Below, in pieces: positions 52,801 through 64,000 of a DNA stretch of 64,000 bases; within the stretch, counting starts at the first letter, position 1; each line of letters begins with the position of its first letter. The stretch lies in assembly GCA_030704615.1 (NCBI GenBank), contig CM060733.1, positions 73,346,001-73,410,000 of the forward strand, read 5' to 3'. This stretch comes from Takakia lepidozioides. Taxonomy: Eukaryota > Plantae > Bryophyta. Both the position numbers and the translations under genes were made by a program. A model generated the notes under the pieces. That model was not told where the DNA came from. It ran no database searches and saw only the letters and a program-made list of their open reading frames with translations.

Positions 52801-52914
52801 GTGAACGAGCTGCACAAACTCCTCCTTAGGGATTCCAGAAATCATTGATGGGGCAAAGGGAATCCTCCATATGGATATTTCAATTGCATTTTCATGTATC
52901 AGACTTTTTTTTTC

Positions 52915-53290
52915 AGATTTGGGCCGAAAACTGGCTAAGTCCCAACATGCACTGGTACCTCGGCCTGTTCTCTGGGGAAAGGCGCCGAATTTCCCTATTT
53001 TGGGCCGAAAATTGGCTAAGTCCAAACATGCTCGGGAACGATGTCTGGAAAATGGCGCCAAATTTCCAGTTACATGGCCCAGAACTGCCCAACATCTGTG
53101 CATCCCCGGCAACCATGTACCATTCGGCGCCACATTTCCAAATTTTGGGCTTACACACCTGTCATGAGGGGACCTATAGCCGCGGAATTCGGCACCATTT
53201 TTTGCCAGAGAGACCTATTACCGCAAAATACGTCGCGATTCTTTCCGGTTACGGACCCTATTACCGCGAAATTCGGCGCCATTTTTGCAC
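52915..53290. repeat. M3 3' subterminal GGCGCC-core motifs
   Basis: e.g. ggaaaatggcgccaaatttcc (~53047) and gaaattcggcgccattttt (~53268). Confidence 0.75.
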
Positions 53291-53525
53291 ATGTCGCGGG
53301 AATTGGCAGAGCGGAAGACAAAATATCATGAGCACAACTCTCAAAACTACAATTTCCCCTTCAAGGTGCCGAATAATATATTTGTTTTTTCTGACACATT
53401 TCATTAAATTAATGTTTTATAATGTTTTTTATTTTCAAAATTTGTACTTCTGCTCATGAAAACCGATTGTCTTGCTACTCCGCTCATGCCGCTCATGCTC
53501 ATGAAATAGCTAACCTCCTGAGGAG

Positions 53526-54723
53526 CAGCTGATGGCTACTTAATTACATGCCATGACTCTAATTTTTCAGTCTTCTTCGCAGGGGGTGCAGGAGATGCTA
53601 GTGGTAGAAGGGCCAGTGGTACCAATACCACAGCACGTGCCTGTGCAGGTAGCTGACCCTGGTGCTACTACAGCCAAACCACAGCCTGAGGTATGGGGGG
53701 ATGCTGCTTTTAACCCACCTAGGACGAGTTCCTGCTGCACGGGAGTACAGTCCGGCTATGATTATGCCCTTCAACCAAATTCCCATTGTGCTGGATTTGG
53801 CTTGGAAGGAAATTAGTCCTCCGCAGTCATTGGCACATTACTACCAGATCATGCGCATTTGGTTGCCAGTGGCAACTCGGACTAAGGTTCTTCCGAACAA
53901 TCGACCCATTGAGGATCATCACTTTGCAAGGTACTGGTCTGAGGCAAGTACCATGCTGAAGGAATTAATTGTCTTCCAGGTTGTACATGGGTACATCTAT
54001 ACCAAGACCAAGGAGGTATCTAGTATTGCATGGGCTGTGGATTATACTATGCTGTTTGTTTTATGGCACGATATCACATTGAGCAGCAGAAGATGCAATC
54101 ACGATTTCTGAGTTATTCCAGTGGGGATCATTGGGTCTTACATTCAGTGCCACCTCATATGTACCTGTATGATGCAAAAGTTATGATGCAGAAGGATTCC
54201 CAACTTCGTTCATGGTTTAATTTCGGCTTGGAACAATTTGGCAACAGAGAAATTCGGCCCTGAGGATATTTTCTTTAAGGGACATGAAGCCTGGAAATAC
54301 TTACACTGTTCCAAAGTCATTGGCACACCTCTCACCTATACGGCTAAGGAGTTCAAGGCGTTCACTAATTTTGCTTGCAAGCGCTTACAGCAAGTCGTAC
54401 AGTTTAAACTTCCAGACATGGTGGGCCCACATTGTATGTCACGCAGGATTCCCGAGAAGCCACTTAAAGTTCGGCCATTAAAACACCTAATGGGGGACGA
54501 GGATTTTGATACTACTGTTTCTTTAGAGGACTCTTTTGACATGGCAGAGGACTATGCACTTCAGATGGCAGAGAAGAAACGACGGGGATCTCCTATGCCT
54601 GAGAGGTTACCTCGTTATCAGCCAAAGGAGGGTCAGACATTTCCAGGTAGTGCTCAAGCATCTCCATTAGCCAGTGACAGGACTCGGGCTCGCACACGGA
54701 GTCCTTCACGAGACTCTCACTGA
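53526..54723 (+). pseudogene. Continuation of the extra 3' ORF region of E after M3
   Basis: Overlapping plus-strand ORF fragments 53553-54723, ending shortly before the PPT. Confidence 0.5.
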
Positions 54724-54789
54724 CAGAAGGGTGCTCGCTCACAAAGGTTTGTTGATCCCAAACAGTAAACCGTGAGGACACGGCTTTTT

Positions 54790-54803
54790 GAGAGGGGGAG
54801 GGG
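54790..54803 (+). other. Polypurine tract of E
   Basis: GAGAGGGGGAGGGG, separated by 3 nt (TAA) from the 3' LTR. Confidence 0.9.
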
Positions 54804-54806
54804 TAA

Positions 54807-55809
54807 TGTTAGAGGGCTGCTTGGGACTTAGACGCTTTTACGGGTTCTGTGGGGTACCCTTAATTTTTGCGCAGACCGAGATCAACAGGAGCCTTAGGGG
54901 TGGCAGGAGCAGGCTTTAGGAGGGTTAGACAGCTCGTCATAGTCTATCACAGCTTCGCACAGCCAGTCACAGCCCGACATAGCTTTACACAGCCCGTCAC
55001 AGTCTATCACAGCCAGACACAGTCTGACACAGCCCGACACAGCTTTACACAGCCCGTCATAGTCTATCACAGCCAGACACAGTCTGACACAGCCCGACAC
55101 AGCTTCGCACAGCCAGTCACAGCCCGACACAGCTTTACACAGCCAGTCACAGCTTGGCACAGCTCGACACAGCCTGTCACGGTACATGGGGAACAGTTAT
55201 CATTGACAAGGAACGACTGTGTGGGAACGACATCTGCAGAGGGAACGTGTTACTTCAGGGGTGACGGTTAGTTAGGTAGGTGGTTAGAACAGCTTGCGGG
55301 TAGATTAGGCAGAGCGGCAACAGGAAGGGTATCACTTCTTGAGGAGGGCGACTTGTTCAGGAGAGGAGGAGACGTAACGGAGAGCGGAAACAGTGAAGAG
55401 GAGATGATGACTTGATTGAGGCTTAATTCATGCAAGCTGTAAAATTATACAGTAGGGTAGATTAGAGACACCATGGCATAGGCATGATACATGATTAATC
55501 TTAATCCGGTACTGAATCAATACAAACATACTGTGTAGAGAGACACGAGAGAAGCTGTGGAATGAATGCATGATTAATTGGAACTTAGTAGATACTGAAG
55601 CAATGTGATGCTTCAGTATACACGGTAAGGAAAATTGATAACATGAAGGCAAGAAGGGAATACAAATAGGAAGCACAACCATGATTCACTAGCTGCAGGT
55701 CATGACTGATTGTTCTGAGCGGGCTGAGTGCTTAGAGATATCCAACTCTTCTATCTTGGAGTTTCCACCTCGGATAGCGAAGGGATGGGTGAGTAAAAGC
55801 CGCTCGACA
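54807..55809 (+). repeat. 3' LTR of element E
   Basis: TGTTAGAGGG...CCGCTCGACA followed by TSD GCCGC. Confidence 0.96.
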
Positions 55810-55814
55810 GCCGC

Positions 55815-55900
55815 CAAGTGTTGGGTCAAACAATGGATCTAAATTGCTTGACATGGGTCATTGGCTTGTGCATGGCTGAGCAACGGAGATTGCAAGCATT
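55815..55900 (+). pseudogene. C-terminal piece (motif X) of element A's C5 methyltransferase
   Basis: Rejoined frame reads ...PALSEVSR-RQVLGQTMDLNCLTWVIG. Confidence 0.8.
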
Positions 55901-56254
55901 GATGGCTACTTCTGCACTCCCATTGGATAGTGCATCCTCCCTGCCAACCGGGACGGTTGAGGCAGTGAGTGGGGACGAGCACAGGATCATGGGTTGCAAA
56001 CACCCATGGCATATATGGGATGAGATGCGCAAAAAGAAAGTCATTGGATCTCTCAAGCAGCAGTATGAGGAGTGGGGAGAGCCATGGACTGAGGGTCAGT
56101 TGGAGGCCAAGGTGGCCAAGGTTTTGAAGAGGTTGAGGATGTTTCTTGCGCGGAGGATGTTCTCAAGGTGGCTATGGCGGAGCAAGTGGAGGCTACGCCA
56201 CAGTCAGATTGGGCGGACAAGGCCCAAGAGGTTGCTATCTAGCAACCAAAGGAT

Positions 56255-58048
56255 TTGTCTCCTACTTCCAAGCCTGGTGTACCCAAGGTTGCAGATACTG
56301 AGGACAATTGGGAACCAGATGTTGGACCTATAGTCATCGGAGGAGAGAGACGGAAGATCCAGCAATTTCTAAGGGCTTATAGAAATTGCTTTGCCTTCGG
56401 TTTGAAGGATTTGGGGAGTTTGAAGGGTCAGGAGATTCGTATTGATTTGGCAAGTGACACGCCAATCTTTCGAAGGCCCTACCGGTATAGTGACATGGAG
56501 AGGGCATTGATCCAGTCACGGACTATGGAGTTGTTCGAAGCTGATTGGTGGAGTTGTCAGGCGGGGAGTATGCCTCGGCAACGGTGATGCCAGCTAAGAA
56601 GGATATCTATGGCAATTGGACAGAAAGAAGGATGTGTGGGGACTATCGTCCTGTGAACCATCAGACTAAGTCCGATAGATATGCCATGCCAACTCCAGAG
56701 GAGATCTTTGATGCCATTGGGCATGCAAAGGTGTTCAACACATTGGACTTGCGATCCGGTTACCACCAGTTGCCAATCAAAGAGGGTGACAAGCAAAAGA
56801 CGGCATCCTGGGGGATTGACCAACATGGGAAGGATTGTTTGTACCAATGGCGGTTCTTACCGTTTGGTTGAAGAATGCTCCTGCAGAGTTTCAGAGGGTC
56901 ATGGATAGGATTCTCGCGGGGCTAGACTTTGCCCGGTAGTGCTACATTGATGACATCATCGTCTTTAGTGCTACGATTGTCTTTAGTGGCTACGGTTGAG
57001 GACATGAGAGACACCTTCAGGTGGTGTTTGAGCGCTTGAGAGCGCACGGGTTGAAACTGCACCCCAGAAAGTGCAAGTTCTTCCACAATCAGATTGAGTA
57101 TCTGGGCCACATGATATACCCTGGAGGATTGGGTGTTCAACAAACAAAGGTGGAGGCCATTGCATGCATTCCACGCCCCATGGATGTGAATAGAGTTTGT
57201 GCTTTCATGGGATTGATAAACTACTATTGACGGTTTGTCAAGGGATTTAGCAACATTGCAAAGGCTCTTACCAAGTTGACCAAGGTGGGTCAGGAGTGGC
57301 AGTGGGAGGAGAAGCAAGAGGAAGCCTTTGAGGAACTCAAGGCTCGATTGACTTCTGCACCTATTCTGAGGCAGCCTATTTGGGGGCGGCCTTTCCAGCT
57401 ACATACGGATTGGAGTATGCTGGGGATTGGCAGTTGCTCACACAGGTGGATGATGAGGGAAGAGAGTTCGTAGTGGCATGTGCTAGCTGCACGAACAATG
57501 ATGTCGAGGCGAAGTATAGTTCCTATGAAGGGGAGTGTCTAGCTACGGTATGGGCAGTGGCACATTTCAGATGCTACCTCTATGGCAATTTCTTCACCCT
57601 TGTCACGGATCACCAACCATTGAAGTGGTTGATGGAGTCAGTCAAGCTTATAGGGAAGCTTGCACGGTGGGCACTTATGCTTCAAGAGTACGACTTCCAG
57701 ATGGTGCATCAAGCCGGTATTGTCAATCGGGATGCAGATGGATTGAGTCGTAATCCATGCACGAGCGAGCATGATGATACTGGAGCTCGGTGGCATGGTG
57801 AGACGGATGAGGAGATGGTGCCAGGATGGCATGCATCGGTTTTTTTGTGCATTCTAGCAATGACAGCTCAAGCTGGTCCATCCCATGCGATTGGTCATGA
57901 AGATAGCGTGCATGACGATCCAGAGACTAGTGAGGAGTTTGGTGGTGCTAAGGATGTGCCTGAAGATGCAGCAATGTTGGCATACCTTTGTACTGGAGAG
58001 ACAACAGCCAGTGTGACTGCTAAGGAGAGAGATCGGGTCCTACAACAA
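56255..58048 (+). pseudogene. RT-RNase H of element A, disrupted; cut by M4 before integrase
   Basis: RMCGDYRPVN, LDLRSGYHQ, YIDD (tacattgatgac at ~56943), FQLHTDWS, YSSYEGECLA, VTDHQPL, ADGLSR. Confidence 0.93.
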
Positions 58049-60014
58049 GGGGGTTGCAAATCCATGAGCATGAGCGGTGAGCGCATGAGCATGAGCAGAG
58101 TTTCCCGACCCTCGCCCGAACCTACACCGAACCTACTCTAAGGTGGAGGTCGGGAACCAAAACTGCCGACTTAATGCATAGTGGTAACACTCCACGGAAA
58201 TAGAAGGTGGATTGCCTATCACCGTGGGCTGCAGGTGAGTTGTTGTAGTCGCCACCGACTATAACACCACCCTCAAAATTGGCAAGTCTGTACGGCGATG
58301 TTAGGTGTTATGGTCGCCACCGACTATATCATCCCCACTGAAAGCTGGACCTAAGCTGGACCTGTTGTGTCTATAACTACATAGTTGAAACTACTTGTTC
58401 TTGAAATGGACACTGTTGAAGCGTGACTGTCTGTGAGGGAAGGAGTGTGCACATGGGCATAAGTTTAATATTTGGGCATTGCGGCTGGCATGTCATGGCA
58501 AGGGTCTTCACATCAATCAGCAGAGTAGTAACCTATTTCATTTGGATATTTGTGACCGACAATTTATGACTTCAGCAGACTAGGCTCAGCACTCCAGCAA
58601 TTCCAAACCAGGGGAATGTGAAGGGTTGGAGGATGGCGAGGATGTGAAGATCGTGCAATTAAGAAAACTGAACATCCACATTGGAGTAAAATTTTGCGCA
58701 ACATTCAATTACACCCATATCACCCAAATGATTCAGCGCATCAGAGAAACCCTTTTGTGTTTAGGGTTTAGGGTAAAGCAAATGCAACTAGGTAACATTC
58801 GGACTACCAGGGTCCTCACCATACTCCGACGCTATGTCTTGCAACACCCCAGAAACTACTATTACGGGGGAGGGACCCGGTAGCAGGTCGAGGCCAAGTC
58901 TTAAACTGATCTTTGGGCTAGGAGTCCTCTCCTCACCAATGACCTCGTCAACATACTCTTCGTCGGAGCCTTCCTCGGTCGTTGGATCCTCGCTTTCCGA
59001 TCCCTCTTCTGCAGAATTATCAAAATAGTTATGTACCGTAGAAAATCGAGCAGCAGCCCTCACCTGTGTTGGCCATTGTGCATGCTGAGACATTCTTGTC
59101 CACGGTTGCTCAGCCTGAGCCTGCGCTTCTGCTGCAGCATAAGGAGGCAGGTCGTACCCTTTCTCCGGAGTAGTTAGAGCTGCAACCTGTTCAAGCACTT
59201 TCAACCTCTTCTCCCTACCAGCGTTCTCCCCCCCAGTATCCGTGGAAGACCCTGGAATCCCTATGATGGCCTCAGCGGGACGCTTTGCAATCTGCAAGGG
59301 CGGCTCGTAACTGCAATTACGACATAACATATTAGATCAAATTTTGCATGAATGATGATTTGAGGAAATGGGAACATTCAGAACATGCTAACAATGAAGA
59401 CACTTACATAGAAGTTGGACTTACTCACTCCAACGATTGTATGTGAATCTGAATGCCATCCCTTTCGTCGTTCAACCAGTCAGTGTCGGCAGCTGTGTTA
59501 GCGACAACAGTGGCCACAGGTGCCCGCCGCTGCAATCCCCCTAGCCTTCGCAGTAGCTCGTCGTCCCCTTCCAAGGTGAGCAGATGTCTTCCGCAAATTG
59601 TTGCAGCCACCATGGAGGACCCGCATCTCGCTGTCAGATCGACTACTGTTCCCCCTTCTGGTGAACACATCTCCATGAAGGTTTGCATGAACCTGGGGCT
59701 TTTCTCACGTGCCCCGCGGAAGAAGGTGTCATCTTGTCGTTTGTGGAGTCTATCCTCCCTGACCATGTTCCTGACCACATCCTCAGTGACGTTGTTGTGA
59801 TTGGTGTCAAGCTTTGCAGCTCTCTCCCGCAAGTTGAAATTGGCGTCAATGCCCCTCAATAGGCAAAATGCATAGAAAATCACAGTCTGCCATTACAAAT
59901 TTGAGGAGGAACCCCGTCAGATCGGTATTATGTAAGAGAAGACGTACAACATTATGTAAAGGTTATGTTTCAAGAAACTAATGGACTTTGTAGCTGCACA
60001 ATTCTAAAATGAGT

Positions 60015-60272
60015 TGTGGTAGTCGTTACAGACTATAACGTCGAAACCACACAATTTTGGTTGATAGTCGGCACCGACAATGATCCAAACAAATCCGACC
60101 AAATCGGTACCGACCAAATCCGACGATCCGGCACTTCAATGACTAAGTAACAAGACACACCATTCTAATAGTCGGTGCCGACTATAAATATTAACGTGGG
60201 TGCACTGAGAAATAGTCGGTGCCGACTATGCAAAAACAGTATGCGACCTGAGACATAGTCTGCACCGACTAT
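60015..60272. repeat. M4 intronic ATAGTCGGTGCCGACTAT-type palindromes
   Basis: Copies near 60064, 60168, 60212 and 60255. Confidence 0.8.
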
Positions 60273-61629
60273 ATATCTATAGACAACCCATAACTAAAAC
60301 AATAGATATTTGACGACTATTAAATATATTTTTAAAAGAATGTCGATGAAGATGTGGTACATGCGATGAAAAGTTGAAAGTGCTCATCAAACAATATAAG
60401 CAGTTTAGGCAGTTTGAACTTACCTGTGGCTGCCCTGGCTCTCTAGATTGAAGTGGTAGCCGATTGAGACAAGTCCACTTTCTCTTGATAACTTTGAAGG
60501 GCCCTGCTGGGCCCACACATCTCCGAATTTCCACCTCTGTCTTGGCATCACCCTTGCAGAAAATAACAAGGCAGCCGTCGTCCTTCAGTAGAGATGCTGC
60601 CAGTGCCAGTGCATGCGGGACGGTATCCTTTGACTTTGCATTCCAAGCGGGCACAATGTCATCTATGCCACATCCTTTGGTAGACTGCCCGTCTGGGAGA
60701 TCCACCATTACAAGGTCTGCCCCTGCTTTAGGGACTGTGCCACCCCTACGCAATGGCTCGGGGGAGCGGTGCCTCTCTAGAAACTCGTCGATATCTCCCC
60801 TAGGCTCTGGCCACTTACTCGTTGTTCCTTTGGATGCAAGCCTGCGGATGACTAGCTGGAACCAATTGCACTTGAGGCATGCTACGTCTGTGTTTGGTAC
60901 CCCTTCTCGCAAAGAGATAGCCTCGTAAAGCAGCACGGTTGAGAGCTGCATGCCCCTACCATCACTTGTGTTTGCCCAAGCAGGATTTCGAGAAGATCGA
61001 TCCCTTCGCTCAATCTGGAATATGTAGGGCGTCTATAAACGCCAATTGGTTGTCTACCCTCTGAGCACCATCTGTCTCATCCACACCCTCCACACCTTGA
61101 TTGCCTGCATGCCTTGTGCCGGGGGGGGGGGGGGGTTGCTTGCCCTGTGGTGGGTGTCTTCTTCGGTTTTTGTTTCCTTTTCCTTGGTTTCTTCTTGGCC
61201 ACCGCTTCTTCCAGAGCTATATTCGCTTGTTGCAAGTGTGCGGCAGCGACAACTACAGCCTCCTCGACACCCTCTTCCGTCAATGGCTCCATGTGAGTTG
61301 GTGCAGCCAGTTCGTTCTTGGTGTACTTCTTATACACTTCCAGTTCAACGTCAGGAATGATATCGGGGGGCAAATCTAGCCACCAGTAGCAGGGCAGATG
61401 CGTGACTTTAGCGTACGCGCCCAACTGCCTGCCTACATTGTGCAGTCTGATCGGAGGCTGGTCCACTGTGTGACACTAGCGGGAATACACCTGATATGCT
61501 TGTTGGCGAGCAAAATAAAGTTTATGTACCTATTGCAGTGCACCAAAAGTTGACGTCAGGATAGACATTGGCCTGATAATAATGAGAAGTGTAGGATATG
61601 AAAACCGAACATTTTTGTCTCTCACCAGA

Positions 61630-62500
61630 TGCAGTAGTTGGCAGTGACTGTGACACCAAATAGTTCGATGGCAGTGTCATAGTCGGTGACGACTACGACT
61701 CCGAACTGTGGGTTAGCCAACCACCTAGCTGGGCAATACCGGAATGTGGGTGTACATTATACGGCATGGATTCGAAGGACCCACCACATAGTCGTTGCCG
61801 ACTATGGAATTGAGTTAGTTTTTAATTTGTGGGCTAAAGTCACGCCCTACTTGTAATAGTCGGTAGCGACTATGATTCCCTAAAGGGCAAAACCTGTGTC
61901 ATAGTCGGTGGTGACTATGACCAGGCCAACTTTGGCTACGACATGGCCGGCTTTCTATAGTCGTTGCCGACTATACCCAATGGCTACCCTATATGGAATT
62001 GAGTTAGTTTCTAATTTGCGGGCAGTAGTCACGGCCCATTTGCAATAGTCGGCAGCGACTATGAATCCCTAAGGGGCAAAACCCGTGTCATAGTCGGTGG
62101 CGACTATGACCAGGCCAACTTTGGCTACGAGAGGGCCGGATTACTATAGTCGTTGCCGACTATACCCAATGGCTACCCTATATAAAATTGAGTTAGTTTT
62201 TAATTTGCGGGCAGTAGTCACGGCCCACTTGCAATAGTTGGCAGCGACTATGAACTCCTAAGGGGCAAAACCTGTGTCATATTTGGTGGCGACTATGACC
62301 AGGCCAATTTGGCTACGACAGGGCCGGCTTGGTATAGTCGTTGCCGACTATACCCAATGGCTACCCTTTACCCAATACCCTATACCCAATGGCGCCTTTC
62401 TTTAGTCGTTGCCGACTATGAATACAATGTCTGAGTCCAGTAGTCGGCGCCGACCACGAGCAACAACACTACTGCCGACTACCGGAATGTTTGCCGACTA
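61630..62500. repeat. M4 intronic array (~195-bp unit x3, three ATAGTCG-N4-CGACTAT palindromes per unit)
   Basis: catagtcggtggcgactatg, tatagtcgttgccgactata, atagtcggcagcgactat; tagtcggcgccgac at ~62441. Confidence 0.9.
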
Positions 62501-64000
62501 CAACGAGCCTACAATTTTTTTTTCGACCGCTACTTCCCACACCCAATTTGCTGTATGGCATATGCGAAGGGTGGGTGAATTGCATTGACAATTATGTACC
62601 TGTACCTGCGAGCTGGTAAAGTTCCACCAGGCTGCTCAGTAATTGGCCAACTGCGGGCAGGCCCATCCTTCATCTCGCACCAGAATAGCTCCTTCCAGAA
62701 CTTGAGGCGGAAATCGTCCACCCAGACAGAGAGGGTCTTCAGAGTGGGAGCCTCTTCTAGGGTTGGCAGCTGCAGGAACCCTTTCTCAACCAGCATGGCC
62801 AACTGCCGCTCTGCTTCCTCCTTTTGTTGCGAGTCCAACATGTCAATTGTTAGAGATGAGAAATTGCAACAATAACTGTAACATGAAGCCACCACCAGTA
62901 TTGCCAACATCTTACCTGGAACCACCATGTCATTTTGTCGCACCACAAGCCAAACACCACATCTGTTGGAGCATGGGGGAATTTTCCATTTTTGCGGGTT
63001 GTCGAGTCAGAATTCCACAGCTTCAACCATAAAATCTCTTGTTGGACACATTTCCACGATCTGTCACGCTGCAAAACGCACGGAACAAGACCTTCATTTG
63101 ACCATGGACCTTATTGAAATTCGTGAAAGAAAGTACTACCTACAAAACTCAGCAGGGATTTTAGGGCTTAGGGTGGGCTCCATGGTATAGTCGGCGTAGA
63201 CCATACTTTTAGCGAGGCGGTTGTCAACGGAGGCATTGTGGGCATCTTCTCTGAACTCCCTCCCACCAGGCAATACTTCCGACTTCATCTCACACTACAC
63301 GTCAAATTAATGAATTGGTCCACGAAGCACCCATTGGGACTGCTTATACAAGACCTGCAACCCCATGCAAACAACATCCCCAAATTACTAAACCCTATAC
63401 CTATGCTCATGTGAGCAGAAGAGGAAAAAAAAACTCACACATTCATACGATTCATTGCACGCCGTATGAGGCCCAGATCGGAACTCTTCACATCCATAAT
63501 CTTGGCGTTCACCCAGTAGTGCCAGCTCGCCTCGTCTGTGTGCTGCTTGCGTATGACCTCCATCCAAGCATATCACATGTGATCCCGTCGTAGATGTGCA
63601 GCCATTTGTTGGAGAGAAACTCCCACTCCGTGTTCTATATGTCTTCCTCAAATGCTGCATCCGCTGCCTGCCAATGTTCAGACCATGCATCCCGATCTCC
63701 TTGTTGGATTTCTTGGCTCTGTCCACTGTCATCATTGATGGAAAGTAGTAGTGATGCAAGTGCATCATTGTACCTGTCCGCCTCAAAATACAACTTGAGC
63801 TTGTTGATGCCTGGGCGCTCAACCATGCGCATAGCCGGGAGGGGTTGCATCCTGCATAATGGTATCCTTGGCGGAGCACCATTCCGCAGCAAGTGCAAAA
63901 TAGAATTCATTGTGTGGTTCATGGCACTTGTAGTGAGTGAGAGTAGGGCTTGCTTCCGCATGTCGCCAGTCAAAACAACGTCCGCCAGAACAGTGTTTTG

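Larger units (their letters stand above)
40815..53517 (+). mobile_element. Complete MULE-like DNA transposon M3 (~12.7 kb) nested in E
   Basis: TIRs GGGGGCTGCTATTTCATGAGC and (reverse complement) GAGGTTAGCTATTTCATGAGC. Direct repeat CTGAGGAG at 40807-40814 and 53518-53525. Same gene order as M2. Confidence 0.92.
30666..55809 (+). mobile_element. Full-length Ty3/gypsy LTR retrotransposon E (non-chromovirus-like, with an extra 3' ORF region), containing M3
   Basis: Two ~1 kb TG...CA LTRs; 5-bp TSD GCCGC at 30661-30665 and 55810-55814; PBS-like site, PPT, and domain order PR-RT-RH-INT. Confidence 0.96.
27213..58048 (+). mobile_element. Ty3/gypsy element A carrying a C5 DNA methyltransferase (visible pieces 27213-30665 and 55815-58048; LTRs outside window)
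   Basis: Domain order gag-PR-DNMT-RT-RNaseH. The reading frame is continuous across element E once E and one GCCGC copy are removed. Cut by M4 at 58049. Confidence 0.88.
58788..63973 (-). pseudogene. M4 accessory gene (ParB-like, degenerate, plus beta-class MTase-like)
   Basis: ADLVMVDLPDG (DLPDG 60688-60702); REKSPRFMQTFMEMCSPEGGTVVDLTARCGSSMVAATICGRHLLTLEGD (~59563-59710); frameshifted HIYDG.H...AWME at ~63555-63600; exon start AG|GTACATAAACTTT identical to M2. Confidence 0.75.
58049..64000. mobile_element. MULE-like transposon M4, left part (most diverged member; runs out of window)
   Basis: Terminus GGGGGTTGCAAATCCATGAGC plus CATGAGC repeats, abruptly interrupting A. Carries a homologous accessory gene. 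Its transposase is not in the window. Confidence 0.8.

Noticed and set aside
58760-58773. TTTAGGG x2 telomere-like motif (a similar one near 63160)
   Set aside because: Only two units; insufficient for an interstitial telomere call.
1-64000. tRNA, rRNA or host protein-coding genes
   Set aside because: None recognisable by eye; essentially all sequence is accounted for by nested transposons.

Overview
Eukaryotic repeat-only window with no host gene. A non-seed land plant or streptophyte is my guess from the TE families and GT-AG introns. It is a nest of seven transposons. (A) A plus-strand Ty3/gypsy element whose pol carries a C5 cytosine-methyltransferase domain between protease and RT; it is split by three insertions. 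(B) A minus-strand relative of A inserted in A's gag. (E) A complete Ty3/gypsy element (30666-55809; ~1 kb LTRs, GCCGC TSD) inserted inside A's methyltransferase domain. (M1-M4) Four diverged members of one Mutator/MULE-like DNA transposon family: M1 <1-20829, M2 6827-20523, M3 40815-53517, M4 58049->64000. The two complete copies are about 13-14 kb. The most novel signal is the MULE family's architecture. A GCM/WRKY-MULE-SWIM transposase sits back-to-back with a multi-exon accessory gene encoding a ParB/Srx-like domain (DGNHR) and a beta-class N4/N6 DNA-methyltransferase-like domain (D[I/L]PDG ... SPxFxxTxMExC...G.VLD). Each copy also carries its own arrays of long palindromes that share a GGCGCC core but have copy-specific arms, located between the genes, in introns and near the ends. 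This resembles a self-recognition or anti-silencing module built from ParB/parS-like and methylase parts. The function is an inference. All calls come from reading motifs by eye; no searches were run.
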